DNA of 64,000 nt from Chrysomallon squamiferum (lineage: Eukaryota; Animalia; Mollusca): NCBI GenBank assembly GCA_012295275.1, contig CM022668.1, positions 2,356,001 to 2,420,000 of the forward strand, written 5' to 3'. This document shows positions 27,881 to 40,165 of the stretch, one piece after another. The notes beneath the pieces are model-generated. The model was given only the letters and a program-made list of their open reading frames with translations, did no database searches and was not told where the DNA came from. The translations under genes were made by a program, and so were the position numbers. Numbering within the stretch: position 1 is the stretch's first letter; the number at the start of each line of letters is the position of its first letter.

Positions 27881-29940
27881 ACAGAATAATAGCAGATAAA
27901 ATCATTATTTCATACTGTTGAATAAAATATGCATAATCCAGTTTTTACACGATTTTAAATGTTTTTATTCAAGGAAACTGATTTTATTATACTGAACGAA
28001 AAAAGAAACTGTTTTTGATATTGACAACCTTTGTAGATAGGACACATTTTTGAGTTGTTTTGAATTTTCTTAATATTAAAAGGTCAGAAAAGTGCTTTTC
28101 TTTTGTTTAAATTTACAATTGTTCAACTACAAGAAAAGAAAAATGAAAGAGATATTTATTTTTGTTAAAAGAGTAATAATTAATGTTAAAATGTGTTTTT
28201 ATTACACATTAATTATATTTCCTAGAAAATGTCTATGTAGGTCACAAATTTATTTGACCTTTATTTACTATAAAATCCTAGAAAATGACATGTATTTTCT
28301 GAATTCTGGACAAGCTATAATTCTGATCTAAATATATTGAAATTTTTTATTCAGAAAAAAAACCCCAGTTCATTATGTTACTCACCCTGTGCTGTTATGT
28401 TATTATATTTAACATGTGCTATGACATATTGTTATATAGGACACATGTTGTGACATATGTTATTTTATGTAACATATGTCATGACATATGTTACTATATT
28501 CAATATGTGCTATTAAAATGATAATTAAATATGTGCTGAAGAACATGTTATTATATTAACATGTGCTACGACATATATTGTTATATTTAACATGTGCTGT
28601 GTCATATGTTATCTTATTTAATATGTGCTATAACAAATGTTATGAGATACACATGTAATCTGTTATGACATTGTATATGTAACATGTTATGACACACATA
28701 TGTGACATGTTATAACATACATATGTGACATGTTATGACATATATATGTAACATGTATGGCACATAGCAGTGCTATTTCGCTGGTTAATTTGAGACTCCA
28801 AATCAGAATCAGATATTGTTGTTATGTTTTATTTAATGTTAGTTTAGTTCTTTGTTAACCTAATATTCTACTGGTAAAAGAAAAAGTTTTTTAAAAAATT
28901 AAAATTTTCTTTTATTCACTTAGTTTAAAGAATTCAAAAATAATTTTTAAAAACAAAAAGGATAACATTTCAATCCTAAATTCATTAAAAAAATTAAAAT
29001 AAGTAAGTGTTTACCACCTCTTTTTACTATTACTAATTCAATAATAACTTTTAAAATTTATGAAATTAGTAGTAATGATTAAATAAAAAGTTATGATTTT
29101 AAAAAATGTTTCGTAATTTCTTCTTGTTTTTTCTCTTTTTTTCTACTGTTAGTAATATTTACATTATTATTTGACAGAATATTCTAAAATATTTTTTTAT
29201 GTGTCAGTTTTAATTCCTTTTGAGCAATGAAATTTAAACTGTTTTTTTAATAATATTATTATTTCAAAAAAATGAAATCATCGAGTTTAAAGTTATGGCA
29301 GTCTTTATTTTTAAGTAAAGTTTCTATTGAGTACTTAACTTCTGATTTGTTTAAAAGTTTAAGTTAAAAACTTTAAAAAAAAAAAACACTTTCATTTCTG
29401 TAGCAGTTCACACAAAGATTTTATTAAGATTTTAAATATTTTTTGAATGTTTTACTAATTTCAGTAAGTTTAGAATACTTTAAAAATAAATTAAATTTCA
29501 CTCACTAAGTTACACAAATTATGTAGTTATATCTACAATAGATATAAAAATTAATTAATTTCATTTTTATTCTGCTTCACATGTAAGTTAAATAATAACT
29601 TTAAAACCAAATTTTCAAATGTTATAAATTTATTTTTCGTCACCCAAAAACAAAATCTGGATGTTTCTATCAAAAGACTTTCACAATGATTTAAGTGTTC
29701 ATTTACAAAATGTATAAAATAATCCATGTTTTCTTTTATGTATATACTGATGATTATTTTAAATAATGTCCATGGTATTTTTGTTGTTTGTGTATATACA
29801 TACATATATATACATAAATATATATATATATATATCTTGTTATAATTATTTGACTAACAAATAAGTGAGCATTTTTAGGCATCCCAGTGAATTTTAATTC
29901 TCTAGTTATTGATGGACATACAAAATCAAGCTTATTATTA

Positions 29941-29980
<40 letters not shown>

Positions 29981-32287
29981 CATTATATTTTATTTATTTA
30001 TTTATATTTTTATTTTTTTTTTTTTTTTATCATGTTTTGTTCTGGTGGCATACAGATATATTATTGCATGTATTTTATTTTCAGCTTTATTATTGTTTTC
30101 TTTGATTTTTTAAAATCTATGTTTAATTGTTTATTTTTAACATAATATTAACTACACTCATTTTTCAGAAGGAAGACAAATAATCATTTATTGTGTATGA
30201 TCTATTTTTAGAATTCTTGTTATTTTCTTCAAGGACATAATTCTGTTTCTGTTATTAAAAATGGAAATAACTCTAAATATAAATATATATATATATATAT
30301 ATTCTATTTTATATCTTATAAATGAGTCATTAAAAAACTATTGAAAGAAATATTATTTGCATACATTTAATGTGCATATTTACTTTATTTGTGCTGCATT
30401 TTAATTTCAGAATTATTTATATTATTATTATTCGACTTGGAATTGTGTTTTTTATTTTATTAATTTATTATCTTCTTTATTTTTCAAAACTTATTTTCAA
30501 TGAGGATAAATTGCTTTTAATTTTTTTTTTTTTTTTTTTTTTTTTATGGGACAGATATAAGGATCTTAATAATTTGTATTTTATCAGTGTATAGATTCAA
30601 GGAAGATAATTCAGATATGACTACTGGTTTCAAAGGGAGATTACTGTGACAGTATGGTTCTTACAAAAGGATATTGCTCTGTATAGATTGTTGAATTTTC
30701 TAAGGGAGATTATTCTGATTTGGTCTGTTGGTAAAGGGAGATTATTCTGGCACACTGTATTTACAAAGGCAGGTCACAATTACTTTGAAATGTTTCTATT
30801 TTTAAAGGGAAATAACTGTGATAGGATTAAGTCCACTTTATTGAAGTTAGTATGAATTAAGGGGGTTTAAGGATGGGGGGAGATTTGTTTTAAGGTTTTG
30901 CCTTTGTTTTAGGTTTTGTTTGAAATGACTAAGGTAAATATTTTTTCTTTTGATTCTTGTTTTGATTGTTACAAAATGTTTTCACATTTAAGGAGAACTA
31001 TTTAACTATATTTGGATGTGGATATTTGTATGAGGAGAGGAAAAGATGGTTTTCTTAATTTTTGATCAAATTTCATAAGGTTTATTGTCTCCTTTTTAAA
31101 TTATGTTTTATTATTGTTATTATTATTGTTGTTCTTCTTATTATTATTATTTTCAGTTAATTCTATTTTATGAAACATATTTTATAATTTAAATTTTATT
31201 AATTTCATCTTTTTTTTTCAAATTGAATATTATGGTAAAATGACAGGATGGAAAAAATTATTAATAATAAAATGAAAATGTTAAGATTATATTTTAAAAT
31301 TTTATTTGAAATAAACTCTTTCTATATTTAAATGACAATAAAATGCATATTAATTTAATTTTGTGCTTCATTATATACCAATGAAACTATGAAATAAAGA
31401 AATATTTTAAAATATGTTTTAATGTCATGCACATATGCTATAATTTTAATTATTTTTCTTTTTAAAATAATTTCAGATTTGTAAATTTATCATAAAGCAT
31501 AAGCCTAATTTACATCGATATTTCAAATAAACATACTCAATTTTGAAAAATCGAAACTATTCAAATGATTTACTTGATAATAATAAATATTTTTCTCATT
31601 AATAATTATGACCATCATGTTTTTATTTTTACTTTAAAGTCTGATAATTTTAGTGTGTTAGCATTAACAAGTAATAGTAGAAATTATTGACTAGACCACT
31701 TTTATGATATATAGTGCATTATTTAGTAATAATAAAGCCAGTAATCGGGAAAGTTTGGTTATTTATTTTTCTCATGTTGTTGATATTGTAATTATATTTA
31801 TTAAGACATTTTTAGTGATAGAATTATAAATTTGTTCTCACTGTTTGAGTCACAATTTTCATTTATTTAGAACAACATATTATATAATGATTTTCATATC
31901 AAATCCAGATACTAAAAACAAAAACAAAAATCCTTTAAGATGTAGTTGCCAATTTTTAAAATAATCATATAAGACTGAGTTATTCTGTAGTTAAATTTTC
32001 ATAAAAGACTGAGCCATTGCGACTTTAAAAGCTTACTTTCTGTAATTGGGTCTGTATTGTCTTACATAATTTAAATTAACTGAGTTAATATGTAGAAGGT
32101 TACCGTGATGCAACTTCAGAGGAAAGGTTTAACTTAAAATTTTTTACACGAAACAATTTTATTTTTTAAGGTTGTATTTCAAGTTATTATGTAGAATAGT
32201 AACAAAAATAATAATAATAATTAGAATTTAGGCTCCTGAAGTTGATTCATTCTGTAGAATAATAAATTGTTATCATCATTATTACTA

Positions 32288-32318
<31 letters not shown>

Positions 32319-32478
32319 GTTTTTATTATTCTTATTATTATTATTATAACTGTTATTAATATTATGATTGTTTATGATCATTATTATTATTGTTATAATT
32401 AATATTATTATTTATGATTATTATTATTATTGTAATTGTTATTAATATTATTATTGTTATTTTTATCATCACTATTAC

Positions 32479-32524
<46 letters not shown>

Positions 32525-33459
32525 ACTAAATAGAAAATTACATCTATAAATTAAAATAGGAGATCACTGATTATTATTCAAATAAAAAATGTCTATAAAA
32601 TTTATGAAAGTCTGGAAGATAAATATAGTCATACTAGGGTCACTTAGTTTTAGGCAAGTAACAGAGAGTAAGCAAGGTCGTATTTCAAGTGAAATGTCTG
32701 TAGAAGTTTTGTGACAAAACTGAGAAGTCAGGTGAGAGATGATTCCATTGTTCTAGTGTGTAAGTCTGTCGTCCAGCAAGGTACAGAAGTTGGAGCACTG
32801 ATACAGAGTGTAAATTAGTGGTCCATGCAGATTGAGTCCATAGTTCAGGAAAGCCTATAGTCCAGATAAGTCCAGAAGTTGAGCGAATTTGAATGTGGTT
32901 TGTCTTAGGTCAACAGGCAGAGCATTGATGTGGAGTCTAAGTCAAAGAGATAGAGCATTGAGTTTAAGTCAGTGAGTTAGAGCATTGAGTTTAAGTCAAG
33001 GAGATAGAGCATTGAGTCTAAGTCAGTGAGATAGAGCATTGAGTCTAAGTCAGTGAGATAGAGCATTGAGTCTATGTCAGTGAGTTAGAGCATTGAGTTT
33101 AAGTCAAGGAGATAGAGCATTGAGTTTAAGTCAAGGAGACAGAGCATTGAGTTTGAGTCAAAGAGACAGAGCACTGAGTCTAGGTGAATGGCTGGATGTT
33201 GAGTCATCTGAGCCAGTATGTAAGCATGTAGGGATTTTTAAGTCTTGTTGAAATGTGTTGAAAGGTTTGTCTTGTGGCTAAGTAGAAATGTTTTGGAACT
33301 TAATATGGGAGGATCTGTTATGTTTTCACTGCTATACATGGTAGTTACATGTTGTTACAATGTATTTACAATGTGCAGCTGAGATGTGATGTTATGTTTT
33401 GGGAAATTTGTGTTATTTAGAATGTATTATTATGCCCCCCCCCATCATTTTTCTTTTAA

Positions 33460-33529
<70 letters not shown>

Positions 33530-33790
33530 ATACTTCAAGGGAAATATATGTAAATTTAGTAGGACTGTTGTATCAAAAGCAGCATATACAAATTACATAT
33601 TTAATTTTATGTTTTAAATTTTCTCTTTTATTTATTAACTGTAGAATGTAGCATTGTGTTTACTTACTTGTTTACTTGTTCTTTTTCAGGTGCTGAAGAA
33701 CTTTTGCATCTTCGTTTAGAAATGCCCGGTCAGTTACCTCCCTTGGTTTTGGAAATGTTGGTGCGTACAGAGAATGTGTGCATTCCTTGA
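11498..33790 (+). CDS. RAR: Retinoic acid receptor (NR1B), canonical isoform; 9 coding exons, ~441 aa
   Basis: Exons join with consistent phases at GT-AG sites. [51 protein letters not shown]...[16 protein letters not shown] is the RAR DBD/T-box. The LBD contains [21 protein letters not shown] and [14 protein letters not shown], and the AF-2 helix is LPPLVLEML. The start codon choice is less certain than the rest. Confidence 0.95.
12344..12527. repeat. 31-bp tandem repeat (gtgtggtgtgaagtatcagctgtattgtaca), ~6 copies
   Basis: Directly visible. Confidence 0.9.
14999..15011 (+). promoter_or_regulatory. Perfect DR1 nuclear-receptor response element AGGTCA-A-AGGTCA
   Basis: Exact consensus read directly from the sequence; function untested. 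Confidence 0.5.
15039..15146 (+). CDS. RAR: RAR A/B-domain exon ([36 protein letters not shown])
   Basis: Branch point cactaac at ~15010-15016, tttttcag acceptor, G|gtaagt donor, phase 1-1. Confidence 0.85.
15915..16257. repeat. gtaatac-based minisatellite ending at an RAR splice acceptor
   Basis: 9-11-bp units; the final unit is gtaatactttcag. Confidence 0.9.
16258..16439 (+). CDS. RAR: RAR exon: Pro-rich B region and first zinc finger (P-box CEGCKG)
   Basis: [35 protein letters not shown]; ctttcag acceptor, AAG|gtaaaa donor. Confidence 0.97.
16706..16847 (+). CDS. RAR: RAR exon: second zinc finger
   Basis: [47 protein letters not shown]; 142 nt. Confidence 0.97.
17350..17670. repeat. ~30-bp tandem repeat (tacatatttgtaaagtattaaatataacaag)
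   Basis: About 10 copies visible. Confidence 0.9.
17701..17858 (+). CDS. RAR: RAR exon: T/A box, NLS, hinge and LBD helix 1
   Basis: [13 protein letters not shown]...[12 protein letters not shown]; ttttcag acceptor, TCA|gtaagt donor. Confidence 0.95.
18221..19404. repeat. 61-bp tandem array (~19 copies); last unit forms the RAR H3-exon acceptor
   Basis: aaacatcttatttacatattatttgcttgttacagaataataaataatttatgtgtgtttt; period 61 (18283, 18344, 18405). Confidence 0.95.
19405..19581 (+). CDS. RAR: RAR LBD exon (H3-H5)
   Basis: [46 protein letters not shown]; 177 nt. Confidence 0.96.
20145..20494. repeat. ~24-26-bp minisatellite (gtgttatacgtgagatatttgatcat) ending at an RAR acceptor
   Basis: The final unit runs into tgtgttgtag. 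Confidence 0.88.
20495..20699 (+). CDS. RAR: RAR LBD exon (H5-H8)
   Basis: [20 protein letters not shown]...GGFGSLT...[16 protein letters not shown]; 205 nt. Confidence 0.96.
21042..21200 (+). CDS. RAR: RAR LBD exon (H9-H10/11); not in the ORF track
   Basis: [53 protein letters not shown]; 159 nt, AAG|gtcagt donor. Confidence 0.96.
21765..22740. repeat. 40-bp tandem array, ~24 copies (acattaataagatacagtgttgtgttattagtgggttgag)
   Basis: Exact 40-bp register is visible from 22081 to 22740. Confidence 0.95.
24888..24975. repeat. 35-bp tandem repeat (2+ copies) beginning TGACCTCAGTCA
   Basis: tgacctcagtcaaatgttaatcatgtgactagcca twice plus a partial third copy. Confidence 0.9.
25059..26347 (+). 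CDS. RAR: Alternative terminal coding exon of RAR: polyQ, Ser/Pro-rich 428-aa tail
   Basis: GC-rich island with GC-ending codons in very AT-rich flanks. After the acceptor it reads (G)[42 protein letters not shown]... to MHI*. Confidence 0.75.
28390..28765. repeat. Degenerate minisatellite (aacatgtgctatgacatatgtta)
   Basis: Directly visible. Confidence 0.75.
32918..33185. repeat. 27-bp tandem repeat (agagcattgagtctaagtcagtgagat), ~10 copies
   Basis: Directly visible. Confidence 0.92.
33690..33790 (+). CDS. RAR: RAR canonical terminal exon (H11-H12/AF-2); not in the ORF track
   Basis: ctttttcag acceptor. (G)[32 protein letters not shown] aligns with vertebrate [24 protein letters not shown]. 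Confidence 0.93.
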
Positions 33791-36700
33791 CGTCTGCCCC
33801 AGGCTTAGCAGATTTCACTTTGAGCACAGACAGCCGCACAAACAGACTCACTCAATCATTTCTACTCATTTCAGCTTGAGTGAATCATTTCGACTCATTG
33901 AACCATTTCGACTTGAGTGAATCATTTCAGGTTCCTGGGAAAGCTGGTTTCACATTAGTATGAATCAGACCAGTCTGACTGAACCGTTTCAGCTTGTTTC
34001 ACTTGTTTCTTTGTCCAGTGAAACACTGCACTCTGATGCAAACTGTAATGATGTAAATCACCATCATTCAACATGGCTGCCTACAGGTATGAAAAATAAA
34101 ATATGCAGTTGTTGTTTTTGTTCACTAACATGGCTTGGACAATCTCCTAACGATTTTATAATGAGCTTTACTTAATTGTCAGTGGCACAGTGTGACTGTG
34201 ACACAGTGGCACAGTAGTGACACACAGTGACACACTCTAAGTTGATTTTCTTTTGAGTGAAATCTCAGGGATCTCCTCTTCATCTGTGAATACAATCAAA
34301 GAAGAACAAAAACAAAAATAAAGTGAAAATCCAAGATGGCCACCTCTTACGTCTGCTTGGAAATCAGTTGTCACTGTTAGAATTAATTATCTGGGCTTGA
34401 TAGTGAAAAAAAAAAAAAATGTTTAAACAGAGGTGTTTATATTGGATTATAACCTAGAAAAATTAACAGTAGGAAAATACTATGTCAAAAAGAAAAAAAC
34501 GAAATTAATTTATTTAATGCTTAATTTAAGACAGGTCTGTGTTAGGTGTAAATTAAATTAAGCTCTTTGGATTGTTGTTTAAGTACATCTGTACTTTCTT
34601 GAAAGACAATGAAATGTGTAGAACCCGGTGTTTACTAGTTTCAGCGTAGTGTAGACTATTAACAGTTATTACACGTCTTCTGACGTTAGTAAAATCTGTT
34701 ATTTTTTACTAAATTTCAGTCTGTGATTTTCAGAGAAGTTGGTGAGTTTATTTAAAATTCTGGCTGATTAAACATATTTTAAAATTAATTAATACTGTAC
34801 CCCTGTTAGATAAAATCAGATAAAGATGTATGGTGTAAATATATAAAGTGGTTTTCAGAGAATTTTATTTAAAATTTTGGCTGGTTTAAGCAAATTTTAA
34901 AACACTTTGAGATTATACCCTTAAAATTAGATAAAAATGATTTAAATATAAAACATTTAAATTTCAGCATTGCTATTAATAATTAAAATTTAATATTCTG
35001 TCTTGCAAGAGTTTATAAGCATAATATATCTATCGCTGTTATCATAATTTTGTTAGTTAATATTTAAAGTTTAGACCTATACAGAATCATTGTTAGATCA
35101 TGTAATATATGTTATAACAATGTTAATATCCCAGGTTATGTTTTTAATAGTTAATATTTAATTCTGTCTTACAGTGACTAACATTACAATAACAGTTAAT
35201 ATTTAGAAATTAATACATTATTATTAGTTTATTATTATTATTATTATTGTTGTTTTTGTTATTTTATTATTATTATTATTATTATTATGTTAATAAGACA
35301 GTTCATGCATGTTAGAAACATAATACATTTTATTATTTAAAGTTCTGGTTTATAACAGATTGTTATTACATCCTGTTAGTAAAATTTGTTATTATCTTGA
35401 ATAACAGATTATAAATGTTAATGTTTAAAATTGAATTATACAATGTTATTGTTATGCATAATTATTTATTATCTTTTTGAAAGTTAATATGTAAAATGTT
35501 TTATTATAATAATACAAAAAACAAATTAGCATAATTTGTTAAACATAAATATTATACTGAATATTTAGAAATTAATTTTTATTATTACTGTATGTCTATA
35601 ATTAATTTTAAACCTTCACATTCACTACTTTGAAGTTTAAAATTGTTGGTTTTTATTATCTTCATTAAATTTACAATATAAAAATATAATTGTATTCCAA
35701 ACACTGGATTTAGTCTTGACTGAAAATTGCTTTCTATAAAATAAACATAATTGTGTGAACTATTCGGGATCAAAAATTATTATTTTCTTTACATGTCTAT
35801 ATTTACATGATCTTGATTTTGGGTTATGACCTGAATTATAGAAAACAAATGTCTTATAACCTCCATTTTAAAACCTGTGAGACTCATTTTAAATCATATT
35901 GTAGAGGTAACCAAACATATGTCAGTTTGTTATATCTAGAAAAGTTTTGTACAATCAGAAGTGTTCATACATACATCCAATCAGATTTCTTTTTACATCA
36001 TACTGTTGTTTATTTCTAATGTTTTATAAAATACGTATAGCTATTGTTAAAATTATTATTAGAGTACTTTTTTTTATTGTTATTATATTTAATTATTTAT
36101 TTATTATATGTTTGCTTTTGCTGAAAAGACATACTAGAAGGTTCTATGTATATGCTGAATCCCAGACAAAATTCACAATTAAAAACAACAAAAAATCTCT
36201 ATAATTTTACATAACTGTAATTTTTTTAATAATGTTCAAGGTGAAAAAAAGACAAAAAAAAGGAATGACTTTTGAACAAACCTCTTCAGTATCAGCTAAT
36301 GCAGATTTTATTATGAAAACATTCACTGACAAGTTGCATTCAGCTTAGTACTAAACTCAGTGTCCGTTATCAGAAACCTTTATAGGCATAAAAAGGCTTT
36401 AAAAATGTTTTAAATATTTTACAGTTTGCCCACTCCCTCTAACTATCCACCCCAGAAAAAAATGCACAAATTATAATATATAATTTCATAGCATTTCATA
36501 CATATATATATATATATTATACATACGTACAAAATCAATTATCACATAAATATGCAGTTACAAATAAAATAAAAAGTTTTTAGAAGACCTCAGAAAGTCT
36601 AGGTACATTTTTCACCTTGTTTCGTGATTTTCAAATTTTTTGTGTTTGATGGTTTTTGAAAGTCACTATAATATATGTTTACAACTGTGTTTTAATCTCA

Positions 36701-36904
36701 GAATTTCAGGATTGATGTCAGATACTGAAATTTAATGTCAGACAAAATTTTATTGTTGAATCCAAAAATTTGAGTATCAAGGACTGAAATTAATAATTTA
36801 TTTTGATATGAGACTTGTGTCATCTTTTTATAATTTTTATTTCAAAACCAAAATTTAATGTTAGATATCAAACATACTTACTATCTGTGTTTGAAAACAT
36901 CGGT

Positions 36905-36986
36905 GTTTCATTTTGATACCTAAGTTTCATTTTGATATCAGTGTTTCATTTTGATATCTATGTTCCATTTTGATATCTATGTTCCA
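36905..36986. repeat. ~20-bp tandem repeat (gtttcattttgatatc)
   Basis: Four copies visible. Confidence 0.75.
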
Positions 36987-38101
36987 CTGTTATAAAAAAA
37001 AATGAAATCTATATAGTATTTAATTTCCATTTCACAATGGAAATTTCATTTTTATTTGAAATCCAGCAGTTTATTTCTCATATTATACAATTAGTTTTTA
37101 TTTTATATTTAAAAAGTGAAATTTAATGGTTGTAATATCACCAATTTTTTAAAATCAAAATCAGAAATGTTTCATTTCTTTTTGTAGCATTCAAGTGTTT
37201 CACGTTTCGTTCTCAACATGCACACGTGCTTCGCTGAAGAGATGTAAATTACATAAACAAACTGAGTGGACTCAGTCTAAATAGCCTTATTTACCTGAAC
37301 AAATCGTTTTTGTTCGTAGTGTTTTTTTCTAGTCAGAATTCCTTGTAAAGGTATAACTCGCGCTGTAACTCATTTTAAAACTTTTTTATATCATAAATTT
37401 ATTCATAATTGATGTTATTTCTGTCAATATAGTAATAATTTTATAAAATATATTAATAATAATAATCATAAATAAATAAATAAATATGATAATAATAATA
37501 ATTAATAATTAAATAATAATAATAATAAATTAATAAATAAATAATAATAGTAACAACAGTAACTATAAACAAGAATTATAATAAATAATTATATTAATTT
37601 TAAATTCATTAATTTTCAAAAAAATCTTATTTCAGATGTTTGATTTGAGAATATCTGAACTATGAAGAACTAGACTGATATAAACAGAAATAAATAAATA
37701 AAATAAAATAAATAAAATATTCAGTCAAATGTATCTAAGAATTAGCTTGATATAAATTTACTTCTTATTTTTATTTTAAACTTACTAAAAACTTTGACAT
37801 TCTTAAAATCATGTATAAATTTTCTAGAAGTTACTCTCACCTTTTGATTAGTTATAGTTTACATTACAAAATGATTGAATCTGATTTTATAAATAAACTT
37901 TAAATCCTAGTTTCCAGAAATGATTTTGTGTATTGATTTGATTAAGTCATTTAAAGCGTTATTTTGTATTTGTTAGTTTTGAAAGTTAATTATTTCTTGT
38001 TTTATAAATATTGTCTTGAGAAAACATACTTGTGTTTTGTATATTTATTAGATATGTAAAAATAAATACATAAGTACAATCAAATACAAATAAATAGATC
38101 T

Positions 38102-38136
<35 letters not shown>

Positions 38137-39936
38137 AAATGAATAAATAATCAGACATAAATAAATAAATGAATAAATAATTAAATCAATAGAACAAGGT
38201 AAATGCAGTTTCCACTGTTCAAAACTTAATTTCATACAAATGTTTTCATTATTACTGCAAAATCCAAAATTGTGATGCTCTGGTAAAACATTTGAAAAAT
38301 AATTAATTATTTAATTAATTAATTGATGTAAAAAAATAATAAATAAATAAATAAATATATTTATAGAAATCTTTACATTTATACCTGTAAACAGACAGTA
38401 TATATTTTTTATTTTTTTATTTTATTCTACTTAGCAAGCTTCATTGTAGTAGAGTTGTTAGTGTTACTAACAAACGTAATACTCAGTCTAACTATAAATT
38501 TACTTAAAAGACTGAGTCTCTGCAAAAATCGCCTGCACTAACAAAATATGGATATGCAAATTAAAAAAATTATATAATAATAATAATTTAAAGCATAAAA
38601 TCTTACATATATTATAATCATATTAATCTAACCAAATTTAAAGATATATGCATAATTTTTTTTATTATTATTCTTTTCAATTAGTTTTATTATTACTATT
38701 ATTATTATTATTATTAATTATTATTTTTATTATTTTAAAACCAAACTACCTCATAAAAAGCCTAAATTACTGGTGTCTGTTACCAGCTTGTTTATTTAAC
38801 TTGGTGCCCAAACATTTTGTTTGTACAGAATCATTTTTACATTTCAGTGTTGTGTGAATATGAAAATGGATCCCTAGGAACATATAGATATACATATATA
38901 TATATACATAATACATAGATATATTTACCAGGTGGAATAGACTTTATTTATTGTATAGATCTATGTATAGACTGAATGTAGCAATATTGTTGTGTCTCAT
39001 CATTCACAGCTTTCTCATTATTTCTTTTGCCAACAAATAATTTTTAAAAATTTATTTTAATTTATTTTTTCAAAAATGAATGACATATTGAAAAACGTAA
39101 CAATTTTTTTATTTTTATATTTTTAGTTTTTCGATTTTTTGATCAAAGACACACACGCATACACATATATATACATTTGCTGTCTCTAAATGTATGCATT
39201 TTGTTCCATAAGTAAAGCATAATTTTATAATTATATATAACAAACATAATTAGCCAATCTGGGCTTATTAGTTACACTACGTGTATTATTATTCAGTATT
39301 TACTTTGTTCAAAATTTTTAATTTTTATTTTTGCCAATGATTTGCAGTAGTATTACATTTTATTCCTTGTGTTATCTGACAGAGAAAGAGAGAGTTCATT
39401 TCCAAGTTGTTTTGTCATAAAATACAGAAATACTACTTAATAACAGAAACTGAATACCTTTTTATTTATTTTATATATATATATATATATTAACAATTAC
39501 AACTTAGATTATTAAAAATGAAAAAGGCTATGGGTAATTATGGTTAATCTATGATTTATGACAGAAACAATCAACAGAATCAGCAGATGTCACTTTATGT
39601 CACTATAATGTGTGTAATTTTCTGAGATTCTCATTGTGTAATTATCTAAATATCTGCACACTGTGATATCAAATACAGATTATATCACATTCTTCTCTGT
39701 AATTACAACTGTGTAGTATCACTATTATCTTGTGATATGTAATCTAGTTAAATATGATATAAAACAATTTTGAAAACCTTTCAGAACTGGCTGAAATTTC
39801 TCATTAACAAAATCTGTTATAAATCTCACACATTAAATATCATTTCAACTAATCCTGTTTACTATTTCAGTTTTCAGAATTATCTCCCTTTCTAAAACAA
39901 ATAAAAATGTCTGACAAGATCTGTTCAGCTCACCGC

Positions 39937-40165
39937 TTGAAACTATTCCAAAAAATCTCACTATCTGAAACTGTTTGAAACTATTCCAAAAAAATCTCAC
40001 TATCTGAAACTATTTGAAACTATTCCAAAAAAAAAAATCTTACTGAACTTTAAAAATATCAGTAACAGAAACTTTGAAACTATTCCAGAAAATCTCACTG
40101 TCTGAAACTGTTTGAAACTATTCCAAAAAAATCTCACTATCTGAAACTATTTGAAACTATTCCAA
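39937..40165. repeat. ~39-bp tandem repeat (ttgaaactattccaaaaaatctcactatctgaaact)
   Basis: Two clusters of about three units. Confidence 0.85.

Noticed and set aside
37261-37276. Inverted repeat actgagt-gg-actcagt
   Set aside because: A 7-bp stem with a 2-nt loop; not significant and no ncRNA features.
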